Source of the DNA: Methanoculleus sp. | GTDB lineage: Archaea; Halobacteriota; Methanomicrobia; Methanomicrobiales; Methanoculleaceae | Length of the DNA stretch: 64,000 bases | Direction of reading: 5' to 3' | NCBI GenBank assembly: GCA_017994915.1 | Contig: JAGOJX010000002.1 | Coordinates: forward strand, 851-64,850 | Shown here: positions 1 to 9,824 of the stretch, piece by piece | Numbering within the stretch: the stretch's first letter is position 1 | Layout of the letters: every line of letters begins with the position of its first letter | Program-made: the position numbers and the translations under genes | The notes under the pieces: model-generated | Database searches by the model: none | What the model saw: only the letters and a program-made list of their open reading frames with translations | What the model was told of the DNA's origin: nothing

Positions 1-1482
1 CGCCCGGTCTTTGACCTTCGGGCAGAGGAGGACCTCGACCGACCCGGCATCATTGGTCCGGCTCGGCGTCAGCGGCTCGTAGAGGAACTCCCAGGGCCGG
101 TCGCATTTCGCCATCAGGGCGCCGAAGACGGCGTTTGTGAACCCGACGACCGCGGGGGTGCTCCGGAAGTTGACGTCGAGCGCGATCGTCTCCCCGCCGA
201 GGTCCTGCTCGATCATCTCGCGGGTGTGCCGGAACTGGGCGACGTCGGCCTCCCGGAAGAGGTAGATGGACTGTTTCGGGTCGCCGACGACGAAGAGGTT
301 CCCCGGCTCCCGGCCGAGGATCGCGTGGATGATGGCGATCTGGACGGGGTCGGTGTCCTGGAACTCGTCGATGAGGATGAACCGGAACCGGTCCCGGAAG
401 TGCGCCGCGATCTCATCATGGTCGGCAAAGAGCCGGCGGGTGCGGTTGACCAGGTCGTCGAAGTCGAGCGCGTTACGCCGCCGCTTCTCGGCCTCCACCG
501 CCCCGGTGAAGGCGTGAAAGACTGCACCCAGGTCGTGGAGAAACTCAAGCGTCGCCCGGGTGAAGGGGTCCGCGGGGTCGAAGGCGAGCGAGAGGGCAGC
601 CTCGTGGTCCTTGATGCAGTCGTTGAGGCACCGGTAGGCCGACCGGAGGTCTTCAAGGTCGTTTCCGGCCCAGTTCTTCTTCTGCCCCATGCTTGCCCGG
701 AATCGCCGGTCGGTATGGACCTCTGCGATCGCGAGGACCGCACTCGCGGTCTCGCCTTCCAGGTGCGGCTCGACGGCCCGGAGGTAGGCCTCGCCCGGGT
801 CCCGTTCGCCGGGGTAGCGGGCGGCAAGGCCCCCGAGCACCTCAAGCGAGGGGCCGGCCCGGTCGCAAAACGCGATAGACGCCTTCGCCCGCTCTCCCTC
901 CACGATCGCCCGCCAGGCGTCGAGCACCGCCTCCTCGCTCCCTGCGAGGGCGGCAAAGAACGTCTCGGCATCCTCGCGGCGCCTCGCGAGCGCCTCCAGG
1001 TAGTTCTTCAACTCGTGGGCTCCGACCGCCCGGAGGGCGCCGATCACCGCCTCCCGGGACCCCCGGGGAGGGTCGCCGTAGATGAGGTCGTCCATCGCCT
1101 CCTCGCGGAGCCGGAGCGCCTCCCGCTCGTCGAGGACGGCAAAGTCGGGCCCGACGTGCGCCTCGAGCGGGAACTCGCGGAGGACCGAGGCGCAGAAGGA
1201 GTGGAAGGTCGATACCTTCGCCCAGAGGAACTCGTCGCGGACCACGTCCCACGCTTCGCCCTCCTTCTCCGCAAGGGCCTGCCGGACCCGGACCTTCATC
1301 TCCGCGGCCGCCTTCTCGGTGAAGGTCAGGGCGAGGATGCTCCCGACGCCGACGCCGCCCTCGAGCAGGCTGATGTACTTCCGGACCAGGACGTGCGTCT
1401 TTCCCGTCCCGGCCCCGGCGGTGACGCACTTGCTCTTCGTGTGGTCGAGCGCGGCCTGTCTCTGGCGGTCAGTCAGTCCCAT
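1..1482 (-). CDS. addA: AddA/UvrD-family ATP-dependent helicase-nuclease subunit A (3' end runs off the window)
   Basis: Not in the ORF track; translated by hand from the ATG at 1482. Shows MGLTDRQRQAALD..VTAGAGTGKT (Walker A), ILIDEFQDTD (motif II) and LFVVGDPKQSIYLFREAD (motif III). Overlaps the end of the addB-like gene. Confidence 0.9.
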   Translation of the reverse strand, partial: MGLTDRQRQAALDHTKSKCVTAGAGTGKTHVLVRKYISLLEGGVGVGSILALTFTEKAAAEMKVRVRQALAEKEGEAWDVVRDEFLWAKVSTFHSFCASVLREFPLEAHVGPDFAVLDEREALRLREEAMDDLIYGDPPRGSREAVIGALRAVGAHELKNYLEALARRREDAETFFAALAGSEEAVLDAWRAIVEGERAKASIAFCDRAGPSLEVLGGLAARYPGERDPGEAYLRAVEPHLEGETASAVLAIAEVHTDRRFRASMGQKKNWAGNDLEDLRSAYRCLNDCIKDHEAALSLAFDPADPFTRATLEFLHDLGAVFHAFTGAVEAEKRRRNALDFDDLVNRTRRLFADHDEIAAHFRDRFRFILIDEFQDTDPVQIAIIHAILGREPGNLFVVGDPKQSIYLFREADVAQFRHTREMIEQDLGGETIALDVNFRSTPAVVGFTNAVFGALMAKCDRPWEFLYEPLTPSRTNDAGSVEVLLCPKVKDRA

Positions 1483-4400
1483 CGGCGTTCACCTCCCCGC
1501 CGGCGGCAAGCAGCCGCAGGCTGTCGAACCGGCAGATCGTCTGGAACCCACAGTAGGTCGGGCAGGGGCCGGCATCCGACCGGGGCGGGAACCTTCCATC
1601 GCGTATCCCGGCGAGGTAGTCCCGGGTCAGGGCAAGGGAGCCCTCGACCAGCGCCCGGACGTCCTCGACGCCGCTCTGCCGCGATGACGGGAAGCACCCA
1701 AAGCAGTCCTTCATCGCCGCATCCCAGAAGACCGGCCGGTTCAGGATCTCCCCGCGCCTGATGGTGTAGTAGGTGCCGGCGACCCCCTGCATCCCGGTCA
1801 GGGTCTCGATTGCCCGGATGTAGAGCGGGAGCTGGAGCGCTCTTCCGGCCAGGACGTCCTTGAGCGCATGGTGCGAGGTTCCGGTCTTGTAGTCGGTGAT
1901 CGCGAATCGGCCATCGGGCAGGACGTCGACCCGGTCGATCTTCCCCCGCAGGCGGAGGGTCTCGCCGCCGAGCGGGACCGCGACCGGATCGGGGTTTGAG
2001 ATGGGGTCGACCTCTCCCGGCGAGACCGGGAGGCCGAACGAGACCTCGAAGGCCTGCGGGACGAGGCCGGAGGCCGCCATCGCGGTCTCGTGCCGGAGGA
2101 ACCGCTCAAGCAGCCCCGGGCCTGCCGCGGGCGACCCGAGGAGGTGTTCCCTCGCTGCGGCCCAGGCCGGGCTCGTGAACGTGAACCGGTCGGCCTCCTC
2201 CCTCCCGGTGGCCTGGATACGCTCGAGGGCGTCCGGGAGGCCGGTCTCGGTGACCGGGCCGTTCCCGTCGCGCCGCCAGCTGGAGTAGAACCGGTAGGCG
2301 ACCCGGTGGACGAGGTTCCCCCGCTCCTGTGCGGTCAGGTCGGGATCGGCCGGGGGCAGCGGCGCAAGGCCGAGGACCCGCTCCAGGTAGAATCGGAACG
2401 GGCAGTCGGCGTAGGTCTCGAGCGCCGTCGGGGAGAAGACGGCCTCTTCGCCGAACCGTTCACCGAGCGCTGAAACGATCACCGGGTCGCCGGAGAGCAG
2501 GCCGTCGTAGGGGGAGTCGTAGCCGCCCTTCCGATGGTAGTTCTCGATGTTGAGCCGGCGGACGGCCTCGCTGGCCGCGATCCCCGGCGGCATCGCGGCT
2601 GGCACCTCCCCCCGGGCGAGGAGCGCCCCGGCCCGCCGGGCTGCCGCGAGCCGTGAGTCGGGGAAGTCACTGCTCCCCCACGCCTCCGGGGAGAAGGCCT
2701 CCCGGACGGCGTCCACGAACCCGGAACGGACCAGCGGTGTTGCACCGTCGGCCGCGGGGTAACTCAGGTAGACCCGGGATCGGGCGGAGAGAAGTGCCGC
2801 GATGAAGTGGTAGCGCTCCTCGCGGAGGACGTCGTCCTTTGAGCGGGTGCTAAGGCGTCGGGTCTCGGCATCGGTGGTGAACGGGAGGCGGGTGGTCAGC
2901 CGCGGCATCGCGCCCTCGACGAGGTCGGCGATGAAGAGGCAGGGGACGGCGAGGTGCGGGACCTCGCGGACGCCGATGACCTGGACGGCCCGGGGGTTCC
3001 GCCGCCGGCCAGCCCGGGTCCCGGCGACGAGGATGCCGAGGAGAGAGGAGAACTCGGCAAGCGGCACCTTCTCGCCCGGGAGGAGCCGGGCGAGTCCCTC
3101 GAGCGTTGCGAGGGTCCCCATGAACCCGGCAAGGTCCCGGGCCTCGCCCTCCAGCAGGTCGCGATCCCCCTCGGCGGGCATCACCGGGGCCTGCCACGCA
3201 TCGAGGAGCGAGCGGTATACGGCGAGGTGCTCCTGGATCGTCTTCGTCCCTTCGAGGGTTGCAAGGTCGGCAAAGAGCTGGCGGATCCCGGCCCGCGCTG
3301 CCTCGATCGAGGCGATCTTTGCGGTGATCCTTCGGACGGCGGCCTCCGGCGTATCCGGTCGCGCCCGTTCCTCGTCGAGGCCCGCCGCAAGCGCCGCGAG
3401 CCGTTCGTCCCAGGCAGCCGTTCCGGCGACGATCCGGGCCTCCCGGGAGAGGAGGTCGAGTTCGCACCCGCGACCGCCCGGCAGGTAGGGCGAGGTCGCG
3501 AGTCCGATGATGTCGGATCGTCGGTAGCCGCGGGCCGGGACGGTGAGGACCAGGAGCAGCGCCTGGACAAGCGGCGATGCCGAGAGCGGCCGGCCCGCGG
3601 AGATGGTGTAGGGAATAGCGAAGTCGGGGAAGACCTCATCGATGCAGGGCGCCGCCCCGTCGAGGTCGGGGAACGCGACCGCGATATCGCCCGGCCGGAC
3701 GCCGGCGGTGATGAGGTCGCGGACCTCCTGCGCGATCGCCCGGACCTCGTCCACCCGGTCCCGCCGTTCGGCAACGCGGATGAGGACGCCGCAGTCCCCG
3801 GGCGGGCCACGGGAGAAGAGGCCGGAGAGCGCGGAGTGGCCGTCCCCCGCGACGACCGCGTCCGGGTGCAGCCACCCGCCGTCGTCCGCGACGATCGCCG
3901 GGTTTGCGGCGCAGGGTATCGAGTAGTGGAACTCGTCCGCGGACTCCCGGAGGGCGAGGAGGAGGTCGCGTTCGAGCGGCATCGGCTCGAAGAGCCCGTA
4001 GACATAAACCGTCCGGACCTCCCGCGAGCCTGCGAGGAGCCCGACTGCCCGGGCGGTAAGGGTGCTCTCGTCGACGAGGCGGCGGTCGTCGAGGAACCTG
4101 AGGTAGGCGTGGTAGAGGGCGGCAATCTCGGCGCTCTTCTCGCTCTGCATCTCGCCGAGCGCGGCCGGATAGTCGACCTTCCGCATGGTGAGGACCGAGA
4201 AGAGGGTCGCGAGTTCGTCGACGGACCCGGCACCGGAGAGGAGCGGGTAGTCCCCGGCGGCAAGCAGCCGGGCGAGGATGATCCGGGTTCCGGCCGCGGG
4301 GATCGGTGTCTCCGACGTAGCATGAGCGGCAAAGACCTTCCGGGCGAGGCCGGAGAGGGTCGTGACCGTGTCAGTGACGAGAGGCACCCCTTCCTCCCCG

Positions 4401-4549
4401 AGGCGGCGGGCGACCTCCCGGGCGAGGCTCGCGGTCGGGACGATGAAAACGGTCCCGAACGGGTCGCGGCCGGCGGCTTTCCGGAAACCGGCGATGAACG
4501 CATCGAGCCCTTCTCCGGGCGATTGGCGATACAGAACGGCGGGGGACAT
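1469..4549 (-). CDS. addB: AddB-like subunit: degenerate helicase domain plus C-terminal PD-(D/E)XK nuclease with 4-Cys Fe-S staple
   Basis: 1026 aa. Motifs EERYHF, FSPTALETYADCPFRF, RGNLVH, LRGKIDRVD..ITDYKTG, QLPLY, CPTYCGFQTIC. Adjacent to addA. Confidence 0.88.
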   Translation of the reverse strand: MSPAVLYRQSPGEGLDAFIAGFRKAAGRDPFGTVFIVPTASLAREVARRLGEEGVPLVTDTVTTLSGLARKVFAAHATSETPIPAAGTRIILARLLAAGDYPLLSGAGSVDELATLFSVLTMRKVDYPAALGEMQSEKSAEIAALYHAYLRFLDDRRLVDESTLTARAVGLLAGSREVRTVYVYGLFEPMPLERDLLLALRESADEFHYSIPCAANPAIVADDGGWLHPDAVVAGDGHSALSGLFSRGPPGDCGVLIRVAERRDRVDEVRAIAQEVRDLITAGVRPGDIAVAFPDLDGAAPCIDEVFPDFAIPYTISAGRPLSASPLVQALLLVLTVPARGYRRSDIIGLATSPYLPGGRGCELDLLSREARIVAGTAAWDERLAALAAGLDEERARPDTPEAAVRRITAKIASIEAARAGIRQLFADLATLEGTKTIQEHLAVYRSLLDAWQAPVMPAEGDRDLLEGEARDLAGFMGTLATLEGLARLLPGEKVPLAEFSSLLGILVAGTRAGRRRNPRAVQVIGVREVPHLAVPCLFIADLVEGAMPRLTTRLPFTTDAETRRLSTRSKDDVLREERYHFIAALLSARSRVYLSYPAADGATPLVRSGFVDAVREAFSPEAWGSSDFPDSRLAAARRAGALLARGEVPAAMPPGIAASEAVRRLNIENYHRKGGYDSPYDGLLSGDPVIVSALGERFGEEAVFSPTALETYADCPFRFYLERVLGLAPLPPADPDLTAQERGNLVHRVAYRFYSSWRRDGNGPVTETGLPDALERIQATGREEADRFTFTSPAWAAAREHLLGSPAAGPGLLERFLRHETAMAASGLVPQAFEVSFGLPVSPGEVDPISNPDPVAVPLGGETLRLRGKIDRVDVLPDGRFAITDYKTGTSHHALKDVLAGRALQLPLYIRAIETLTGMQGVAGTYYTIRRGEILNRPVFWDAAMKDCFGCFPSSRQSGVEDVRALVEGSLALTRDYLAGIRDGRFPPRSDAGPCPTYCGFQTICRFDSLRLLAAGGEVNADGTD

Positions 4550-4992
4550 CCGATGAACTCTCCTTATGAGAGATAGGGGGTGGAGGAGGGATGAGGATTG
4601 TTATTTGGGTCGGGGGAGGGTATTGATACGCTGGCCGGCGCCGGAGTGACGTGGATGGTCTCTTATCGGGGCAGTCTCCCGGGCATCCCGGGATACCCCA
4701 TGCACCTCTATCCAACAATTCTAGTGAACTGGGTAGTGTGATACGGTGGCCAGGCTACAAATTTGCTCTGGCTGGAGCAGGCTCCTCTTCATCTAAGAAT
4801 CGTCAAAGGAGCACTTTATCCTCATTTTTTCGGGAGCATCGCCAGGGCATCAGGCAAACTGAATGGATAGGATTATGCTAGCTGAATAGCAATGCAAGAA
4901 CATCAGGCAACCGTTCACCCGGCGCTCTGACAGGAGAACCCGATGCCTGACCGGCATATACCGTAACAATACCAGAAGGAGGAAATAAGTTC

Positions 4993-7110
4993 GTGGTATG
5001 GAGAGATGCGGTAGATTGGTATGATGAAGCCATAGATTTTGAAAGATTCGGAGATTACGAAGAGGCAGTCCAGTGCTATGATCGCGCACTAGAACTAGAG
5101 TTTGATCCGGAAAATACCAAAATCTGGAAGAAGAAAGGTCTAGCGCTCGCTATTCTTGGTCGCTACGATGAGGCAGTTCAGTGCTACGAACACATATTGG
5201 ATATTGATCCGAAAGATGCCGAAACATGGCACAATAAAGGCCTTGTACTTCAAAAACTCGACCACGATGACGAGGCGATCCGGTGTTACGACCGTGTACT
5301 AGAGATCGACCCAAAAGATGCCTATGTATGGAACACCAAAGGTTTCGCACTCCGGAAACTCAGCCGGTACAACGAGGCGATCCAGTGCTACGACCGCACA
5401 CTGGAGATCGATCCCGAAGATGCCTGTGCATGGCACAATAAAGGTTTTACACTCGCTGAACTCGGTCGCTATGAGGAGGCGATCCAATGCTACGACCGGG
5501 CACTGGAGATCAACCCAATAAATGCCACCGCATGGCACAGTAAAGGCGTTGCACTCAATGAACTCGGCCGCTATGAGGAGGCAGTCCACTACTGCCACCG
5601 GTTACTGGAGATCGACCCCGAAGATGCCTCTGTATGGAACAACAAAGGCTTTGCACTCCTGAATCTCGGCCGCTACGATGAGGCAGTCCGATGCTACGAC
5701 CGCGCACTGGAGATCGACCCAAAACATGCCTCTGTATGGTACAATAAAGGCCTTGTACTCCAGAACCTCGGCCGCTACGATGAGGCTATCCAGTGCTACG
5801 ACCGGGCACTGGAGGTCAACCCGAAATTTGCCTCTGCATGGAACGGTAAAGGCTTTGCACTCAATGACCTTGACCGCTACGACGAAGCAATCCGGTGCTA
5901 CGACCAGGCACTGGAGGTCGACCCGGAATTTGCCTATGCATGGTACGGTAAAGGCAATGCACTCAATAATCTCGGCCGCTACGATGAGGCTATCCGGTGT
6001 TACGACCGCGCACTGGAGGTCGACCCGAAAGATGCCGTTCCATGGAACGGTAAAGGCGTTGCACTCAATGAACTCGACCGCTGCGACGAGGCAATCCGTT
6101 GCTACGACCGGGCACTGGAGATTAACCCAGAATATACTCTTGCAAAAGACAACAGGGATAGAGCATTGAGAAAGAACGTAGATACTATCACATCAGAATC
6201 ACCTCGTCCTGACAGGGCTGGGGAATTGCCGCAATCCCCTGCCCATCCAGTTGAACCAGTAAAATCTTCATCACTGATCACCATCGAGCGCACTATCTAT
6301 GATCCCTTAATCCGGAACTTCGCCATCTCCTCGTCCCGGCCGCTCGTCAACGTCAGAGACTGGATCAACCGTCACGACCCTTCCTCCTACTGGCTGGTCA
6401 TCTGCGTGCATAACCATGGCAACCACCCCATCGACGAGTGGGGGATAGAACTGGAGTCTTCATCAACGCTCCAGATCCTTGAGACCGTTATCGAAGGGAG
6501 CGACGCCTCGGTGCATCTCCAGATCAGCAACCCTAAGCCCTGGCTGATACGATCGATCCTCGGCATCCCCCACCAGCGCGGCATCGTGATCCCTCGCGGC
6601 GGGTCACGGCGGGTATACTTCCGGCTGGGCTCGGAGTCCTGCGGGATCTCCCATAGTATCAAGGGGCGGTTCATCACCGACGATACCGAGACAGAGATCC
6701 GGGAGAAACAGTTCCAGCACTCCTGCGACGTGGCAACGCTCGGGGTTGCCATACGACAGAGCCCCGGGATTGCCATGCAATATGCTGAGAACACCTTAAT
6801 GCAGCGCTACCAACGTACAACTGCCCTGAATTACCTGCACACCTTCCACCTGATCCAGGAGATCGATACCTGCTGCCGCACGAAGCGGTTTGCGGACGTT
6901 CACGACAAACTGTACGTTCTGGAAGATGCACTGGATAAGATGGGCCTCAGCGAGAGGCTTGTCGGGCTGGTCAAGCAGTTGAACGCACTGGATATCGACG
7001 ACGGGATGGGAGGGAGTATGCTGGAACTCAAGGCGCAGAGAGCGGAGAAGATGTGCAGAAACATCGTCGATGTGTGGACGACCGAGGTGCTTCTGGTGCC
7101 GCGATGCTGA
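4993..7110 (+). CDS. TPR-repeat protein (about 11 TPRs) with a C-terminal uncharacterised domain ('domain X', shared with 12283..13524)
   Basis: 34-aa repeats W.nKG.aL..LgRy.EAi.cYdrALeidP. The last about 270 aa are near-identical to the 12283 protein. Confidence 0.88.
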   Translation: MVWRDAVDWYDEAIDFERFGDYEEAVQCYDRALELEFDPENTKIWKKKGLALAILGRYDEAVQCYEHILDIDPKDAETWHNKGLVLQKLDHDDEAIRCYDRVLEIDPKDAYVWNTKGFALRKLSRYNEAIQCYDRTLEIDPEDACAWHNKGFTLAELGRYEEAIQCYDRALEINPINATAWHSKGVALNELGRYEEAVHYCHRLLEIDPEDASVWNNKGFALLNLGRYDEAVRCYDRALEIDPKHASVWYNKGLVLQNLGRYDEAIQCYDRALEVNPKFASAWNGKGFALNDLDRYDEAIRCYDQALEVDPEFAYAWYGKGNALNNLGRYDEAIRCYDRALEVDPKDAVPWNGKGVALNELDRCDEAIRCYDRALEINPEYTLAKDNRDRALRKNVDTITSESPRPDRAGELPQSPAHPVEPVKSSSLITIERTIYDPLIRNFAISSSRPLVNVRDWINRHDPSSYWLVICVHNHGNHPIDEWGIELESSSTLQILETVIEGSDASVHLQISNPKPWLIRSILGIPHQRGIVIPRGGSRRVYFRLGSESCGISHSIKGRFITDDTETEIREKQFQHSCDVATLGVAIRQSPGIAMQYAENTLMQRYQRTTALNYLHTFHLIQEIDTCCRTKRFADVHDKLYVLEDALDKMGLSERLVGLVKQLNALDIDDGMGGSMLELKAQRAEKMCRNIVDVWTTEVLLVPRC
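5060..6140 (+). repeat. 102-bp coding tandem repeat (TPR array)
   Basis: Recurring tgctacgaccg.gcactggag.tc.accc..aa at a 102-nt period. Confidence 0.9.
6277..7077 (+). repeat. About 800-bp dispersed direct repeat, copy 1 (copy 2 at 12685..13485)
   Basis: Same length and long identical runs, e.g. gtgatccctcgcggcgggtcacggcgggtatacttccggctgggctcggagtcctgcgg in both copies. Confidence 0.9.
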
Positions 7111-7297
7111 GGGGCCGGCGCTTCCCCCCGTGGATCTCACCTGCAACCCCGATCCGGCCTCCGTTCATAGCCTTCCCCTGACCAGTCAGGCAGTTTCAAG
7201 ATAAGAGGGGAGAGCCGGGTGGGGGATGCGATCCCCATACGGCAGCGGTGGAGGCGCCTGCCCGGACAGGCCCCCGGACCCGCCAGCTTACTCCCGT

Positions 7298-8452
7298 TCA
7301 CTCACCGAACTTCTCCATCCACTCATCGTATCTCTCGAGGTCAGACCTGGTTATAGGGGACCTGATCTTCTCAAATGCGTCCTCAAAATCGGCGGCACGA
7401 AGCCCGCGCACCTTCAGGGAACGTTCCTTCAACTCGTCGAACGGCAACTCGGCAAGATGGTGGAGGTTAGTATTCTCTTCGCGGATCATATGCCAGATCG
7501 CCTGCTGGCAGAGGTTCTGGATGTCGCGCCCCGAGTAGAGGTTTTCCACACACCGTGCTCCCAGAGCACCGAGGTCGAGGGAAGAGCAGTCGAGATCCTT
7601 TGTGTGGATCTTCAAGATCTCACAACAGGCCTCAGGATCAGGGAGCGTCACATAGATCCGCCGGGGGAACCGGGAGAGTACCGCAGGGTCAAGATCCCAG
7701 GGGGTGTTCGTGGCCGCAAGAGTGAGCAGGAGCTGCCCGCTCTTCTTGTCCTGCAGTCCATCCAGCTCGGTGAGCAGAGTCGAGAGCAGTTTTCGTGTCG
7801 CTTCACTTGTATCGCCGCCTCGGGACTGACTGAGGGCATCAAACTCGTCCACAAAGACGATCGATGGAGAGTGCACCCGCGCCGCCGCATAGAGTCCAGA
7901 GACCATCTTTGAGGACTCCCCGAAGTACTTCGAGAGAACGCGGTCTGCCTTGACGTCAAAGAAGGTCGCATTGAGGCTCCCGGCAGCTGCGGCCGCAAGC
8001 AGGGTCTTACCGGTTCCGGGCGGGCCAAAGAGGAGGATACCCTTCCAGGGCTTGATCGAGTCGGGCTTGTTCAGGCCGGCGATCACGATCGTCTCCATCA
8101 TCAACCGCTTGACATTCTCAAGGCCCCCGATATCGCCCCACCTCACCGGGGTCGTTGCGATCAGGGACTCGGCATAGGTCAGGAACTCGTTCTCCCCGGT
8201 TCCTGCCGATTCCACAACCTTGCTGCTCCCTTTCGCCTCCACCTGGCCCGCGATCGCTCTCCACTCCTGGGCGCGCTTCATGTATATCTCACGCTGCCCG
8301 GGAGAAGATTGGGCTATCTGCTCCAGCAACCCTGCACATTCCAGGGCTTTTGTCCTGGCGCTTCTGGTATCGCCGCACTCATCCGCTGCCCTGTACTCCT
8401 TAATGGTCTTCTGTAGCATCGAGTTCAGCGCGCCTGTCAGGTCCACTTTCAT
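7298..8452 (-). CDS. Vps4/CdvC-like AAA+ ATPase with a helical (MIT-like) N-terminus
   Basis: WGDIGGL, KPWKGILLFGPPGTGKT, pore loop SKYFGESSK, IVFVDEFD, AATNTPWDLD, SRFPRRIY, YSGRDI, and a Vps4-type C-terminal helix DLERYDEWMEKFG. Single AAA module preceded by about 75 aa of predicted helices. Confidence 0.88.
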   Translation of the reverse strand: MKVDLTGALNSMLQKTIKEYRAADECGDTRSARTKALECAGLLEQIAQSSPGQREIYMKRAQEWRAIAGQVEAKGSSKVVESAGTGENEFLTYAESLIATTPVRWGDIGGLENVKRLMMETIVIAGLNKPDSIKPWKGILLFGPPGTGKTLLAAAAAGSLNATFFDVKADRVLSKYFGESSKMVSGLYAAARVHSPSIVFVDEFDALSQSRGGDTSEATRKLLSTLLTELDGLQDKKSGQLLLTLAATNTPWDLDPAVLSRFPRRIYVTLPDPEACCEILKIHTKDLDCSSLDLGALGARCVENLYSGRDIQNLCQQAIWHMIREENTNLHHLAELPFDELKERSLKVRGLRAADFEDAFEKIRSPITRSDLERYDEWMEKFGE

Positions 8453-8522
8453 GCCTGAGATCCCCTCAAACTGCCATAAATAATGAGAAATCGGGCTTCT
8501 TAAATGAGCCCTGATTCAAGTT

Positions 8523-9104
8523 CTATTCATACTCCCGGCGATCTCTCGTGAGATCTACGTCGGTAGGGTCGAGGGATCCATCCTTCACCGCCCTGATCAC
8601 ATCGAGGATCTCATCGAGTTCCTCATCCTCCTCCACGCCGGTTGACATCGCGCTTGAGGTCATCTGTGTGATCGTTGTGACGAGATCGCTTCTGCTCTGA
8701 CCTTCAAGATTCTTCTTGATGAGCCAGTCTTCGAGAACATCAGGCTCCAGATCTTTTACTTGGTTCCATACTCCGGCGGATCTCAGATCCGCTTCGTGCT
8801 CCTTGAGGATGAGGATGTTCGAGACCGCCCTGAGTTCTTTGTCGAGCTGGGCATGGGCGGCGAGTTTCATCTCCTTCTTCTGAGAGAGGGTCTTGATCCG
8901 GCGCGCAAGGCTGATCTCTTCGTTTTTAGACAAGGGGGAACGCGCCTTCTCAAGCAGGAGTGCAATCTCTCCATCGACCCTCTTCGCCTCCCCGGCAATC
9001 TCGTCGATCCGCCGGGTCAGCTGGATCTCCATGACGCGAAGATCCTTGGGACTCATCGCATCGACCGGGTTCCTGGGCCCAAAGAGACGGGAAAAGAGAC
9101 CCAT
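8523..9104 (-). CDS. Snf7/ESCRT-III (CdvB)-like coiled-coil protein 2
   Basis: 193 aa. Amphipathic N-terminus MGLFSRLFG, basic helical hairpin, acidic tail EEDEELDEILD. Directly upstream of the Vps4-like gene, with RBS gagggag. Confidence 0.72.
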   Translation of the reverse strand: MGLFSRLFGPRNPVDAMSPKDLRVMEIQLTRRIDEIAGEAKRVDGEIALLLEKARSPLSKNEEISLARRIKTLSQKKEMKLAAHAQLDKELRAVSNILILKEHEADLRSAGVWNQVKDLEPDVLEDWLIKKNLEGQSRSDLVTTITQMTSSAMSTGVEEDEELDEILDVIRAVKDGSLDPTDVDLTRDRREYE

Positions 9105-9111
9105 ATCTCCC

Positions 9112-9702
9112 TCAGATCTCCCTCTTCTCAAGATCTCGCTCTATGGATAGCGTCTCCGCACCTTCCTCAAGATCCATGGTTCCGGCCTCGATCTGGCTCC
9201 AGGTATCCAGCAGTTGCTTCTCGGTCTCGTCCTCGGTCGTCTGGAAGTCGGCGATCTGCATCTCAAAGACCTGGTTGAGGCTGTCGAGCACGTTCTCAAA
9301 GGCCTTTCCGGAGAGATTGACATTGATCAGAGCGCTCTCGAACTGTTCAGGAGGAATATGAGTGATCTTATCCCAGAAGGGAGTGTTCTTCAGTTCCTTC
9401 TCGAACCGCTTGATCACGACGAGGTTTGAGACGAACATAAACTGCTTGTGCATCGCCATGAACTTTTGTGTCTTGAGTTGAGTCTCCATGTCGAGCTGTT
9501 TGATCTCCTGAGCGAGCATCTTCTTCTTCAGGAGGTCTGCCCCCACACCCTCCTGGAACCGGACTTTCTTCTCCTTTTCGAGTTTGTTGATCTCCTTGCG
9601 CGCACGTTCAATCTGATTTTTTAGCCGGATTTCTTCTTCCTGAAGCTCACGGACTTTTAATTTGTCAACAGGGTTCTTCCTGAACGTATCCCAGAAACTC
9701 AT
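9112..9702 (-). CDS. Snf7/ESCRT-III (CdvB)-like coiled-coil protein 1
   Basis: 196 aa. MSFWDTFRK amphipathic start, LKNQIERARKEINKLEKEKK hairpin, KKMLAQEI, acidic C-terminus. Paralog of 8523..9104 (both have NPVD..eL..eei.L). Confidence 0.75.
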   Translation of the reverse strand: MSFWDTFRKNPVDKLKVRELQEEEIRLKNQIERARKEINKLEKEKKVRFQEGVGADLLKKKMLAQEIKQLDMETQLKTQKFMAMHKQFMFVSNLVVIKRFEKELKNTPFWDKITHIPPEQFESALINVNLSGKAFENVLDSLNQVFEMQIADFQTTEDETEKQLLDTWSQIEAGTMDLEEGAETLSIERDLEKREI

Positions 9703-9824
9703 AGGCTCTCTATCGAGAATGAGATATGCAAACATATAAATGTATCTCCAATGTGGATATATAGTTAAATAATCTCCGGAATGGAGAAAACCCTATATAG
9801 GTGAAAACCCAAAAAGAGACATCA
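9703..9824. promoter_or_regulatory. AT-rich divergent promoter region between the ESCRT-III/Vps4 operon and the 9825-12011 operon
   Basis: TATA-like boxes (catataaat, ggatatatag, cctatatagg) between head-to-head genes. Confidence 0.5.

Noticed and set aside
226-4576. Long plus-strand ORFs 226..1761 and 2954..4576 and many overlapping R/P/S-rich ORFs
   Set aside because: Antisense or off-frame shadows of addA/addB, typical of GC-rich DNA, with no motifs.
5060-6140. Regular repeats as a possible CRISPR array
   Set aside because: The 102-bp period is in frame and encodes TPRs; there is no repeat/unique-spacer structure.
7298-8452. Annotation as CDC48, PAN or FtsH
   Set aside because: Single AAA module with no protease, TM or OB domain; the C-terminal helix and neighbours fit Vps4.
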